Of a DNA stretch of 39,252 nt, positions 1 through 7,496 are shown one piece after another. The stretch comes from a virus. The stretch is from IMG/VR virus record IMGVR_UViG_3300045988_083504, one strand, 5' to 3'. How positions within the stretch are numbered: the stretch's first letter is position 1; each line of letters begins with the position of its first letter. The translations under genes and the position numbers were made by a program. The notes beneath the pieces are model-generated. The model was not told the origin of the DNA and did not search any database. It saw nothing but the letters and a program-made list of their open reading frames with translations.

Positions 1-55
1 ACAGCCCCGCCACGCAAGAGATTCGGCGGCTTGCGAAGGCCACCGGGAAAAGCGG
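1..55. repeat. 55-bp terminal overlap identical to 39198-39252 (circular contig closure or terminal redundancy)
   Basis: Read directly: bases 1-55 (acagccccgccacgcaagag...ccgggaaaagcgg) are the same as the last 55 bases of the window. Confidence 0.95.
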
Positions 56-608
56 TGTTTACCCGGCGGCGGCGGAGAAGTCCTTCACCAACGACGGCAA
101 GACCTACAACCTGACGGCAGAGGAGTACACCCAGTACGCAAAAGCCATGGGCAGCACCCGGAAAACGCTGGTGGAGGATGCGCTGAAACTTCCAGCCTAT
201 AAATCCATGAGCAATGGGGAAAAGGTGGATTACATTCAGAACGTGTATAAATATGCGAGTGAGACTGCCCGTCAGGATGTATACGACAACTATACTCCCA
301 GCGCCAAATGGATTGAGAACGCCAAGACGGCCAAGCGGGACATCGGCGTTTCCACGGCGGAGTATCTGGCGCTGTACCAGCAGTACGGCAGCGAGAAAAT
401 GAGCGGAAAAGCCTATGAAAAGGTGAAACTGGCGTATCAGGCGGGAATTTCCCCGGAGACGTATTTCGGGCTGAAGGAGAGCGCCGATACAAACGGCAAT
501 GGAACAATCAGCAAGGCGGAAGCCAGCGCCGCCCTTGCCGGTCAGGAAAACCGGGCGGATCTGTGGAGCCTGCTATGCACCACCGGAGCAAAGAACCCCT
601 ATAGGTAA
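1..608 (+). CDS. 3-prime part (201 codons plus stop) of the giant ~1806-aa internal-virion / polyvalent-type protein that starts at 34385; the gene spans the circular junction
   Basis: The frame is open from base 3 to TAA 606-608. After removing the 55-bp overlap it is in phase with the ORF opened by ATG 34385. A canonical EF-hand-type 12-residue loop DTNGNGTISKAE lies at 486-521. Confidence 0.85.
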   Translation, partial: SPATQEIRRLAKATGKSGVYPAAAEKSFTNDGKTYNLTAEEYTQYAKAMGSTRKTLVEDALKLPAYKSMSNGEKVDYIQNVYKYASETARQDVYDNYTPSAKWIENAKTAKRDIGVSTAEYLALYQQYGSEKMSGKAYEKVKLAYQAGISPETYFGLKESADTNGNGTISKAEASAALAGQENRADLWSLLCTTGAKNPYR

Positions 609-611
609 GAA

Positions 612-650
612 AACACCCCCGCCGTCTGGCGGGGGTGTTCCTTTTAGCTT
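612..650. terminator. Bidirectional rho-independent terminator between the convergent late (+) and early/middle (-) units
   Basis: Perfect 12-bp stem AACACCCCCGCC (612-623) / GGCGGGGGTGTT (628-639) with loop GTCT. A T-rich run follows on the plus strand (ccttttagctttt) and on the minus strand (tttctta). Confidence 0.8.
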
Positions 651-950
651 TTACATCATGGACAGGAGCGTTTTCACATGGGCGGTGCGGTCCAGCATCC
701 GCTCATGTTCCCAGTCCCAGACGGCCTGCATGGCCTCCGTGGGATGGTGACCGGCGTCTTTCGCCTTTTCGATACAGCGAACGGCCATTTCGTGGAGCCG
801 ATTGGCATGGCCCAGCTCCTGACGGCTAAGGTCGGCGTAGGTGCTGGCGTCCTCCGGGTCTTCGGCGTGCTTGACGGCCTCACGGGCGTACTTCTCGGCA
901 TCGTCCAGTTCTTCCCGGATCTCTTCGGCCAAGTGTTTGATCTCGTACAT
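651..950 (-). CDS. Small charged helical protein, unknown function (99 aa)
   Basis: ATG at 948-950 is preceded by GGAGG. Codons are GC3-rich. No family recognised. Confidence 0.7.
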   Translation of the reverse strand: MYEIKHLAEEIREELDDAEKYAREAVKHAEDPEDASTYADLSRQELGHANRLHEMAVRCIEKAKDAGHHPTEAMQAVWDWEHERMLDRTAHVKTLLSMM

Positions 951-959
951 ACGATCCTC

Positions 960-1298
960 CTAACTCTGCTTGATAAGGGTGTAGAGTTTATCCACATCCG
1001 TTTCATTCAGCGTGACGTTCCCAATCAGGGGGATATTGGTGGTGACGGGGCCTTTGGCGGCTTCGGTTTTCAGGCAGGTGTAGATCTTGTCCAGATCGAC
1101 GTTCCCAGCCTCGTCAAAGACGCCGAGGGCCTTCACAGCGGGATGCTCCCGGAGGGCGGAAAGGCTGGCGTCCAGATTGCCCAGGGCCATAGCAGCCCCG
1201 GCGCCGACGGCCCATTTCTGCCAGCCGGTGAGCTTGCCGGTAAATTCCTCATCCACATAGCGGGCAGCGCCCTGCTTGATCTGATCCAATGTTACCAT
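960..1298 (-). CDS. Hypothetical protein (112 aa)
   Basis: ATG 1296-1298 lies 5 nt after GGAGGAA. The upstream TTG used by the ORF track sits inside that RBS. Confidence 0.7.
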   Translation of the reverse strand: MVTLDQIKQGAARYVDEEFTGKLTGWQKWAVGAGAAMALGNLDASLSALREHPAVKALGVFDEAGNVDLDKIYTCLKTEAAKGPVTTNIPLIGNVTLNETDVDKLYTLIKQS

Positions 1299-1359
1299 AG
1301 ATTCCTCCAATGACGGGAGAGAGGGGCGCTATGCCCCTCTCTTCTTCCCTCTTCGCCTC

Positions 1360-1953
1360 TTAGCAGCCGCAACCGTGGCCACAGGTGGAGACGGGGAGGG
1401 GGTTATAGGTGGACTGGGGCGTGGTGCCGGTGCCGGTGGTGATGTCCGCGACCATTTTGGGATAAAAGGTGGCGTTGGTGTAGGTGACAATGGTGTTGTC
1501 AGCGCACTTCCGCTCGTCCCGCTCCCGGGAAATGGCCCCACACAGCTCGTTCTTGCAGCAGTCCACGCGCTCCTGCAACAGCTGGAAGCTGTCCTTGGTG
1601 GCCTGATTGTTGACCGCCTGAGAGGCCAGCACACCCTGCACCTCGCCCAGCTTGCCGTCGATGTACTTGTACATCTCCAGCATCTTCTGGTCCTGGTAGG
1701 TGTTGGCATCCCGCAGGGCAATGTCGCTGCGGAGTTTGGCGTTCTCCTGCACCATGGACAGCTCGTAGCGGTTGACCGTGTGGTTCTCGCTGCATCCGGC
1801 CTCCGCCGCCATACCAGCGGCAAAGGGGATGACGCGATTGCCCAGCAGCATCCCGCCGAGACCGCCCAGAGAGTTCAGGACGCCCAGAGACAGACCGGCA
1901 ATGCCGGTGCCGAGAGCAGTGCCTGCGACGCCCTTGCTTGCAAATTCAGCCAT
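1360..1953 (-). CDS. Membrane-associated coiled-coil protein with Gly-zipper N-terminus and C-terminal CGHGCGC, unknown function (197 aa)
   Basis: ATG 1951-1953 follows GGAGG. The N-terminus GVAGTALGTGIAGLSLGVLNSLGGLGGMLLG is Gly-zipper/TM-like. The centre has heptad-like repeats. The C-terminal residues are STCGHGCGC. Confidence 0.75.
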   Translation of the reverse strand: MAEFASKGVAGTALGTGIAGLSLGVLNSLGGLGGMLLGNRVIPFAAGMAAEAGCSENHTVNRYELSMVQENAKLRSDIALRDANTYQDQKMLEMYKYIDGKLGEVQGVLASQAVNNQATKDSFQLLQERVDCCKNELCGAISRERDERKCADNTIVTYTNATFYPKMVADITTGTGTTPQSTYNPLPVSTCGHGCGC

Positions 1954-1998
1954 AGAGAGATTCCTCCTTCTCTAAAAATACACCCCCTGTTTCCGCGC

Positions 1999-2047
1999 GC
2001 AAAACAAGCGGTGCTCTATGGTTACCGTACCACAGGACACCGCTTGT
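1999..2047 (-). terminator. Rho-independent terminator after the sigma-like gene
   Basis: 10-bp stem ACAAGCGGTG (2004-2013) / CACCGCTTGT (2038-2047). On the minus strand the hairpin is followed by TTTTG. Confidence 0.6.
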
Positions 2048-2053
2048 CATGGT

Positions 2054-2272
2054 TTAAGGATGGTTTTTGTTTGGGCGGGATATGCCAGCTTTATTCCGGA
2101 TGGAACGAAGGCATGCGGCCACAGCGGAGCGGGATAGGTACAGCTCTGCCGCCGCATCCTCGATTGCCCAGCCACGGCGGCAGACCAGGTTGAATACCCG
2201 CCGCTCCCGGTCTGTGAGGTAGCGGCAGCGCTCCATCTGCTGGAGCTGCTGGACGGTGTATCGGTATTTCAT
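2054..2272 (-). CDS. Small sigma-70 region-4 / LuxR-type HTH protein (72 aa), candidate late-gene regulator
   Basis: LTDRERRVFNLVCRRGWAIEDAAAELYLSRSAVAACLRSIRNK resembles a region 4.2 HTH. AAGGAGG RBS lies before ATG 2270-2272. Confidence 0.6.
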   Translation of the reverse strand: MKYRYTVQQLQQMERCRYLTDRERRVFNLVCRRGWAIEDAAAELYLSRSAVAACLRSIRNKAGISRPNKNHP

Positions 2273-2323
2273 ATTGGGCCTCCTTTACGAAGTGCCCCTC
2301 CCCCTTTAAGATTTCTATGAGCG

Positions 2324-2524
2324 TCAGCCGCCTTTCTCTTCCGCGATTCCCAGCAGCTTTACCAGGTCATAAAAGCACTGCGGGTCCAGCCCGGTCTCCC
2401 GGCGGATAACGGCGAACCGATAGCGAATGGAATTGGTGTGCAGATAGACGGCCTTGCTGGTTTGTGACCGGTTCATGTTGTTTTCCGCATATGCCTTTAG
2501 CAGGGCTTTGTCATCGTTTGTCAT
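2324..2524 (-). CDS. PucR-C-terminal-like HTH protein (66 aa)
   Basis: The internal ATG 2522-2524 has a GGGAGG RBS. VYLHTNSIRYRFAVIRRETGLD resembles the PucR-type HTH (recognised from memory). Confidence 0.5.
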   Translation of the reverse strand: MTNDDKALLKAYAENNMNRSQTSKAVYLHTNSIRYRFAVIRRETGLDPQCFYDLVKLLGIAEEKGG

Positions 2525-2864
2525 GATGCCTCCCATATGTCACTTTCCGCAGCTCGTGATACCGCTCCGGGAATGGAATCAAGGTCATACGATTCCGGAT
2601 GATCTCCGCCAAAATGCGATCCATGTGCTCCTGGCACACGTCAGCAGCTGGGTCCTTACAATTCAGTGCCGGTTTGTACTCGCGCTGGGTATCAATCCAG
2701 TCATGCGTCAAGCGCATGACCCGGTCATATCCCCACCCGTCCTTCTGGTGAATCGTGATCTGGAGAGTGTCTGTGGCAAACTGCAAGGCCATGGCAGCCC
2801 CGGCGTTGAACGCCGCATCCAGCTCCTCGTCCCGCCGCTTCAAATACCCGGACTGTTTAGCCAT
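2511..2864 (-). CDS. Hypothetical protein (117 aa)
   Basis: ATG 2862-2864 (MAKQSGYLKRRDEE...) overlaps the previous stop by 8 nt, the coupling pattern repeated through this operon. Confidence 0.6.
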   Translation of the reverse strand: MAKQSGYLKRRDEELDAAFNAGAAMALQFATDTLQITIHQKDGWGYDRVMRLTHDWIDTQREYKPALNCKDPAADVCQEHMDRILAEIIRNRMTLIPFPERYHELRKVTYGRHHDKR

Positions 2865-3117
2865 CCTTTCCGTCCTTTCTCTCGCCGTAGCTGCAATAAT
2901 CGTCCGGATGTTCACGGTCGAGATGGACTTCACACCATCCCGTTTTCGGTTTGTTGTATGACCGACAATCCTTGCACCGCGTCACGACCACGGCATCCAC
3001 GGTGGGGGCTTTTTCGATCAAGCCAAGTAAGCCGTTCCAACCAGCACAATACGCCGCAGGGAGAACATCTTTGCTGCACCGCCCTACGCCCAAATCATCA
3101 ACATCAACCAGCCTCAT
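2857..3117 (-). CDS. Hypothetical Cys-containing protein (86 aa)
   Basis: ATG 3115-3117 lies 8 nt after GGAGG. The upstream ATG at 3133-3135 lacks an RBS. Confidence 0.6.
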   Translation of the reverse strand: MRLVDVDDLGVGRCSKDVLPAAYCAGWNGLLGLIEKAPTVDAVVVTRCKDCRSYNKPKTGWCEVHLDREHPDDYCSYGERKDGKDG

Positions 3118-3403
3118 GGTCAGCACCTCCGTCATGCACCGTTGTGTATTTCCAAATCAGCGTGTTCAGTTTTCTCAGCCCCTCCATGGTGATTAGGTCC
3201 TGCTCGCACAGCTCGTCCCGCAGGCGTTCCAGTGCTTCAATTGGGGCCACGTCGGCGGTGGGGGCCACGCGAAGCAGTCCTGCCGCAATATCCAAGCCAT
3301 CACAACGCCCGACTAAATATTGGTTGCTCGCACTGTTATAATACCTGTTTCTGCTGTCAACAATCGCCTTAATCGTTGCTTCCCGCTTAATGTATTCAGC
3401 CAT
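3104..3403 (-). CDS. Hypothetical protein (99 aa)
   Basis: ATG 3401-3403 (MAEYIKREAT...) follows GGGAGGGG and overlaps the upstream stop by 8 nt. Confidence 0.6.
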   Translation of the reverse strand: MAEYIKREATIKAIVDSRNRYYNSASNQYLVGRCDGLDIAAGLLRVAPTADVAPIEALERLRDELCEQDLITMEGLRKLNTLIWKYTTVHDGGADHEAG

Positions 3404-3695
3404 CGTCAAAAATCCCCTCCCATACTTCTTCATAACCAGTCTTTTCGTAATCGATTTTCAGACGCTTTTCGCGGATCATGGCGTTCAGCGACCTGACACA
3501 CGGGCGTCCATACGAATTATCCTCACAATAGTCACACATACTGCCGAATCCACAGCACCCAAAAGAGCTACCACCATCTGCACTGTGCCGGTTGCTCCAT
3601 CTCTGGAAACCATTTTCCCACTTCCGTTTAGCTTTACCTGTGTTGTTACTTGATTGTTTCTCCGATGTGTCATATAACTGCATTTGGTCAGCCAT
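3396..3695 (-). CDS. Hypothetical Cys-rich protein (99 aa)
   Basis: ATG 3693-3695 follows GGAGGG. Contains a CCGFGSMCDYC cluster. Confidence 0.6.
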   Translation of the reverse strand: MADQMQLYDTSEKQSSNNTGKAKRKWENGFQRWSNRHSADGGSSFGCCGFGSMCDYCEDNSYGRPCVRSLNAMIREKRLKIDYEKTGYEEVWEGIFDDG

Positions 3696-3924
3696 TGTCA
3701 GCCCTCCTGTTCCATTTTTCAGCATACTCTCCCGGATAACCCGTTTCCGGATTTGCGTCTCCAGCCTCTAAAACAAAAGGCTGATTTATGTCGTTAAGGA
3801 CACAATCTGTATCATCGTGCATCCAGTATTGCTTAATGATGCGCTTCCCGAAACGATTCACATAGTTCTCCCGGTAAAAGTTCAGTTTACCGCCGCAGAA
3901 CGGGCACGGTTTTAAGTCATTCAT
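3688..3924 (-). CDS. lar: Lar-family restriction-alleviation-like zinc-ribbon protein (78 aa)
   Basis: N-terminus MNDLKPCPFCGGKL and C-terminal AEKWNRRA match the Lar-family pattern as I remember it. An RBS precedes ATG 3922-3924. Confidence 0.65.
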   Translation of the reverse strand: MNDLKPCPFCGGKLNFYRENYVNRFGKRIIKQYWMHDDTDCVLNDINQPFVLEAGDANPETGYPGEYAEKWNRRADNG

Positions 3925-3927
3925 CCT

Positions 3928-4158
3928 TCATCGCCTCCTCCACCGGCATCCGTTACAGGCCCCCTCATGGGCCAGCGTGTAGTTTCCGCATTTCAGGCAC
4001 AGTTCGTTCCGCAGGGCGTCAATCTCTTTCGTTTGCGCTTCGATCAAGTCAGCGGCTCCCGCCAGATCGTCGCCCAGCGTGATTGGCGTTTCCCACTCAT
4101 TTGCCCGCGCCCATTCTGCGTGCTCACGCAGCGCTTTTACGAGTTCTTGATCTTTCAT
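3928..4158 (-). CDS. Hypothetical protein with C-terminal CxxC...CxxC (76 aa)
   Basis: ATG 4156-4158 follows GAGGAGG. C-terminus is CLKCGNYTLAHEGACNGCRWRRR. Confidence 0.65.
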   Translation of the reverse strand: MKDQELVKALREHAEWARANEWETPITLGDDLAGAADLIEAQTKEIDALRNELCLKCGNYTLAHEGACNGCRWRRR

Positions 4159-5033
4159 ACATCCTCCTCAAATCCGTCTAATACTTCCTGCCCCGGCAGC
4201 ACGCCGTCCTCCATCCACCAATGAAATACGTCCACGCCGGATTGCCACTGGCACGACCGGCCTCGTTTTCTCCGCTCTTCCAGCATCCGATCAAAGGCAC
4301 GGATATACGCCGCCTTGATTCTCGGATAGCGGGCAAATTCCATGATTCTGGTTTTGGATGCCATGGGGCAGCCAATGCAGCCCACCCGGTGAAAACCCTC
4401 GCAGTACAGCGGGTTCATGGGAATTTTTTCAATAGCAGCATAATCCAGTGCCTCATTGCCCTTCCAGTCGATGATGGGGTTCACCACCCGTTTGCCTTTC
4501 ATCTGACAAGTCTCGAACAGTCTCCTGTCCTCATCGTTGTCGTTAGATAGGATCAGCTTATCTTTAGGCTTTGACGTCAATATCTCAAATTCCCCTCTGT
4601 TTTTCTGGCGAGTTTTGCTTTCTTCCCAGCGTACACCGGTGGCAATGAACCGTCCTTTCGCACCGCTCTCTTTCAGTTTCTCGCAACAGTAGCGCTTCAC
4701 TCTGGTTGGCGGCATCAGCTTCCGGGTAATCAGGTTCCACATGGTCACGCGGCTCCCGTCCGGCTGGACGTGCCGATCTACGGTGCACTTCACGCCCTTT
4801 TCTTCCAGCCGCCGGAACGTATCATACACATGGCGCACCGTCTCCGGCGCGTCCACCGTGGTGAGGGAGTGCAGGGCTTCAAACGGGATGCCGCTTTTCT
4901 CCGCCAGATGTAGCATCACGTCGCTGTCCTTTCCGCCGGAGTAGGTGATCACTAACGGTTTCTCAAAAAGCCGCAGGCTCATATCCGATGCCGCTTTCAG
5001 CCGCTCGATTGCGGTCTGCTCCAAGTCGCTCAT
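4155..5033 (-). CDS. PAPS-reductase / DndC-like PP-loop ATP-pyrophosphatase family protein (292 aa)
   Basis: PP-loop motif ITYSGGKDSDV near the N-terminus. C-terminal cysteine cluster YCEGFHRVGCIGCP. GGAGGG RBS. Confidence 0.85.
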   Translation of the reverse strand: MSDLEQTAIERLKAASDMSLRLFEKPLVITYSGGKDSDVMLHLAEKSGIPFEALHSLTTVDAPETVRHVYDTFRRLEEKGVKCTVDRHVQPDGSRVTMWNLITRKLMPPTRVKRYCCEKLKESGAKGRFIATGVRWEESKTRQKNRGEFEILTSKPKDKLILSNDNDEDRRLFETCQMKGKRVVNPIIDWKGNEALDYAAIEKIPMNPLYCEGFHRVGCIGCPMASKTRIMEFARYPRIKAAYIRAFDRMLEERRKRGRSCQWQSGVDVFHWWMEDGVLPGQEVLDGFEEDV

Positions 5034-5320
5034 GCGCCCTCCAATTCCCCGCCGCAGGCGGCATATCCGGCCAAATCGATCCAGTTATCTGCTTTGCCGT
5101 GGCCGGTGGCGATGCGGGCCAGCTTAAACAGGCACATCATAGCCCCTACGTCAGCGCCGGTGATGCAAATCTCCGCATCCGGGCTGGCGCATTTTTCTCG
5201 GATGTACGGCTCCCACAGGGCCGCGATCATGTTGAAAGACGTTTCCGGGCTGCCGTAATCCTGGTCCCGGTCTCCGCACACGCACTGCTTGGCGGCGGCT
5301 AAAATCTCTTCACGGGTCAT
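5030..5320 (-). CDS. Conserved phage protein, DUF6378-like (96 aa)
   Basis: GDRDQDYGSPETSFNMIAALW ... KLARIATGHGKADNWIDLAGYA matches my recollection of this family. ATGA overlap with neighbouring genes. Confidence 0.55.
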   Translation of the reverse strand: MTREEILAAAKQCVCGDRDQDYGSPETSFNMIAALWEPYIREKCASPDAEICITGADVGAMMCLFKLARIATGHGKADNWIDLAGYAACGGELEGA

Positions 5321-5673
5321 TCCTCCACCTCCTCAAGCCAGAATTGCCGCTTGCACTTCTGGCAATCTTTAGGTTCCACGACACATTCGCCGATTTTTCC
5401 CCTAAAACCGTGTGACACGCTGGCAGGACAGATCTGCAAAATTCCTTCTCTGGACAATGCCTCCGGCCATTGCTTAAGGAACACGCCCTGGCGGGTTTTG
5501 GCGGGGTGCTCCTTTGCCCACTTTTCGACGATGGCAACGGCCTCCTCCGGGTGGGTTTTTCTCCAGGTTGTGCAGGTTTCAAACCCGCTAAGCCTTTTCC
5601 CAAACTCGCATTTGTAGCACTCGTAGTTACACATTCTGCATAATGTTTTTAAAAACTCCACAGCATCCATCAT
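5317..5673 (-). CDS. Hypothetical Cys-rich protein (118 aa)
   Basis: GAGGAGG RBS precedes ATGATG at 5668-5673. Contains CRMCNYECYKC and CQKC motifs. Confidence 0.65.
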   Translation of the reverse strand: MMDAVEFLKTLCRMCNYECYKCEFGKRLSGFETCTTWRKTHPEEAVAIVEKWAKEHPAKTRQGVFLKQWPEALSREGILQICPASVSHGFRGKIGECVVEPKDCQKCKRQFWLEEVEE

Positions 5674-6077
5674 TCTGCCTCCTCGATAATGACCTCCACG
5701 CGGGAGGCTCCGGTTGTCTGATACTTTCGCACGGTCAGCATCGCGATTGCGCTGTCATCGTTGTAGGCGTGGCCGTTCAGCGCGTCCAGAATGGCCTTCG
5801 CCAAGTTGTCAGCGTCAGGACGCTTGATGTGGGGCGTCCCGTCCAGCGCAGCGGCCTTTTTCTTCGATGTACTCTTGGGCACCGTAAAGAACGCCGTGAC
5901 GGTGGCCGTCAGCGGGATGCCGTCCGCAAAGCCTTTCCCGCTCTGGCACTGCCAGCACTGGACCACCTTGCCCTCGTAGTCCCGCGTTTTCTGCGGGGTG
6001 TAAGTGTGGCCGTTTTTCATAAACCGTGGACGGCCCTTGCCTACCGGGATACCGGGGACTGTGAATGTAACCTTCAT
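5670..6077 (-). CDS. rusA: RusA-family Holliday-junction resolvase (135 aa)
   Basis: GKGRPRF near the N-terminus and KRPDADNLAKAILDALNG are RusA hallmarks. Confidence 0.9.
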   Translation of the reverse strand: MKVTFTVPGIPVGKGRPRFMKNGHTYTPQKTRDYEGKVVQCWQCQSGKGFADGIPLTATVTAFFTVPKSTSKKKAAALDGTPHIKRPDADNLAKAILDALNGHAYNDDSAIAMLTVRKYQTTGASRVEVIIEEAE

Positions 6078-6211
6078 CGCTTTTCTTCCTTTCCGTCAAT
6101 GATGACGCTGACCACCCGGACGCGGCCCAGAGGCTCCAGCAGCATGGCAACGGCTTCCTTGGTTGCCAGCAGGTCACCGTCCTCATGGATGTCAATCACA
6201 AGCCTTGTCAT
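6074..6211 (-). CDS. Possible small protein (45 aa)
   Basis: ATG 6209-6211 follows GGAGGG and fills the gap between flanking genes. No other support. Confidence 0.35.
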   Translation of the reverse strand: MTRLVIDIHEDGDLLATKEAVAMLLEPLGRVRVVSVIIDGKEEKR

Positions 6212-6449
6212 GAGCCCTCCTTGGGTCTGCCCGGAACTGGGGGCAGGCATAGATTTTGTAAGATTTGGCGGAGAAATTTTCCGGGCCACGGTCCAGGTGG
6301 TTTCGGATGATGACCGGTTCCGCCTTCCAACCGGGGACGGGTTCCCCATTTGCGGACCATGAACAGCCTCCGCAGGCATTGGCGCAATCCCAGCAGGGTT
6401 GGCTATACGGAGCAATGTAGCAGTCCGAAAGCTTAATATCCGCAGCCAT
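6192..6449 (-). CDS. Hypothetical Cys-rich protein (85 aa)
   Basis: AAGGAG RBS. TAATG overlap with the upstream gene. Contains a CWDCANACGGC motif. Confidence 0.6.
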   Translation of the reverse strand: MAADIKLSDCYIAPYSQPCWDCANACGGCSWSANGEPVPGWKAEPVIIRNHLDRGPENFSAKSYKIYACPQFRADPRRAHDKACD

Positions 6450-6853
6450 TACACATCAGCTCCTTTCGCTATTGATTCCCAGCCCGCATAGGTCATCCCC
6501 TGCTTCTTCGCTTCGGAGGGAGTGGGGATGCCTGCGGCTTTCCACCGCTCATGCAGGGCTTCGTACTTCGCATAGAACTTTTCCAGATAGATGTCGGACG
6601 GCTCCGGAATGGGGCCCTCCTCCGCGTTGGGTTTTTCCAGTTTTGGGAGGAATGGAACCAGTTCATACACATCCGGGTAAAACCGGTTTTCCCTCGCCCG
6701 GACAATGACCGCCTGTTTCACGTCCTCGTAGTCCCATGGGGCCAAAACCAGTGTCCATGCCTCCAAGTCTGCGGCGGTGCGGGACTGCTGCTTCGCGTTG
6801 GGGTAGATCGTTTCGATCAGGCTGAACAAGCGCCGGGTATCCTGTTTCTCCAT
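6449..6853 (-). CDS. G39P-like replicative-helicase loader/inhibitor family protein (134 aa)
   Basis: N-terminus LFSLIETIYPNAK ... WTLVLAPWDYEDVKQAV ... FYPDVYEL resembles the SPP1 G39P-type loader family (from memory). AGGAGAAG RBS. Confidence 0.6.
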   Translation of the reverse strand: MEKQDTRRLFSLIETIYPNAKQQSRTAADLEAWTLVLAPWDYEDVKQAVIVRARENRFYPDVYELVPFLPKLEKPNAEEGPIPEPSDIYLEKFYAKYEALHERWKAAGIPTPSEAKKQGMTYAGWESIAKGADV

Positions 6854-6887
6854 GTTCTTCTCCTGTAAGGCTTCCGTAGAAGTCTTT

Positions 6888-6932
6888 AATAGCTTCTTAA
6901 TAGCTTCTTTTAGCTGCTGCAGCAGCAGCTAA
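6888..6932. repeat. Tandem 2 x 11 bp repeat followed by a 23-bp palindrome in an intergenic region (candidate ori or operator)
   Basis: AATAGCTTCTT occurs at 6888-6898 and 6899-6909. It is followed by TTAGCTGCTGC-A-GCAGCAGCTAA (6910-6932), which has perfect 11-bp arms. Confidence 0.8.
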
Positions 6933-7076
6933 GAGAGATAATATATAATCTTTTCTTCTTAGGGGGGTGTGGGGGGCGTTCTTCTTTTCTCTGCGGCTGC
7001 TGTGTGCGTCGGTGATCGTGCTGCGGCTTGCTTGCATCCGCCCGTCATCACTCTTTAGACACGCACGGCAACGTTG

Positions 7077-7496
7077 TTAAAAGGGTAGCTCCCCGTCATC
7101 CTCAATTTCGGTGAAATTATCAGTGGGGGCGGGGGCGGCATAGGCACTCTGGGCGGGGGGCTGGCCAGCGGTGCTGGCAGAGACGCAGGCGTAATCTGCC
7201 ACCAGGTCGTTATAGGTCTTGCCCTCATAGTCGTGGCTCTCCACGCGGCCCACGGCGAATACGGAATCACCCTTGCGGACATTGGCAAGGAGCCGTGCCC
7301 AATGGCCCCAGCCCTTGACGGTGAGCCATGCGGTGGTGCCGTCCTGCTTATCGTAGGCCGGTACGGAGACGGAGCCGACCTCCTTTCCGCTCTGGGTGGC
7401 GTAGATCTGGCCGTCCTTGGCGGCGCGGCCCACGATCAGGCCGGTTTGCAGCTTCTTGCCCTCCTTGCTGTAGGTGGGCAGTCCGTTCATGAACAT
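7077..7496 (-). CDS. ssb: Single-stranded DNA-binding protein (139 aa)
   Basis: OB-fold-like N-terminal part, a Pro/Ala/Gln-rich linker and the acidic tip DDGELPF. ATGA overlap with the upstream gene. Confidence 0.9.
   Translation of the reverse strand: MFMNGLPTYSKEGKKLQTGLIVGRAAKDGQIYATQSGKEVGSVSVPAYDKQDGTTAWLTVKGWGHWARLLANVRKGDSVFAVGRVESHDYEGKTYNDLVADYACVSASTAGQPPAQSAYAAPAPTDNFTEIEDDGELPF

Noticed and set aside
678-2193. Plus-strand ORFs 678-1313 (211 aa) and 1375-2193 (272 aa).
   Set aside because: They are antisense to minus-strand genes that have GGAGG RBSs and sensible protein sequences. They have no RBS and a G/V/L/A-rich low-information composition.
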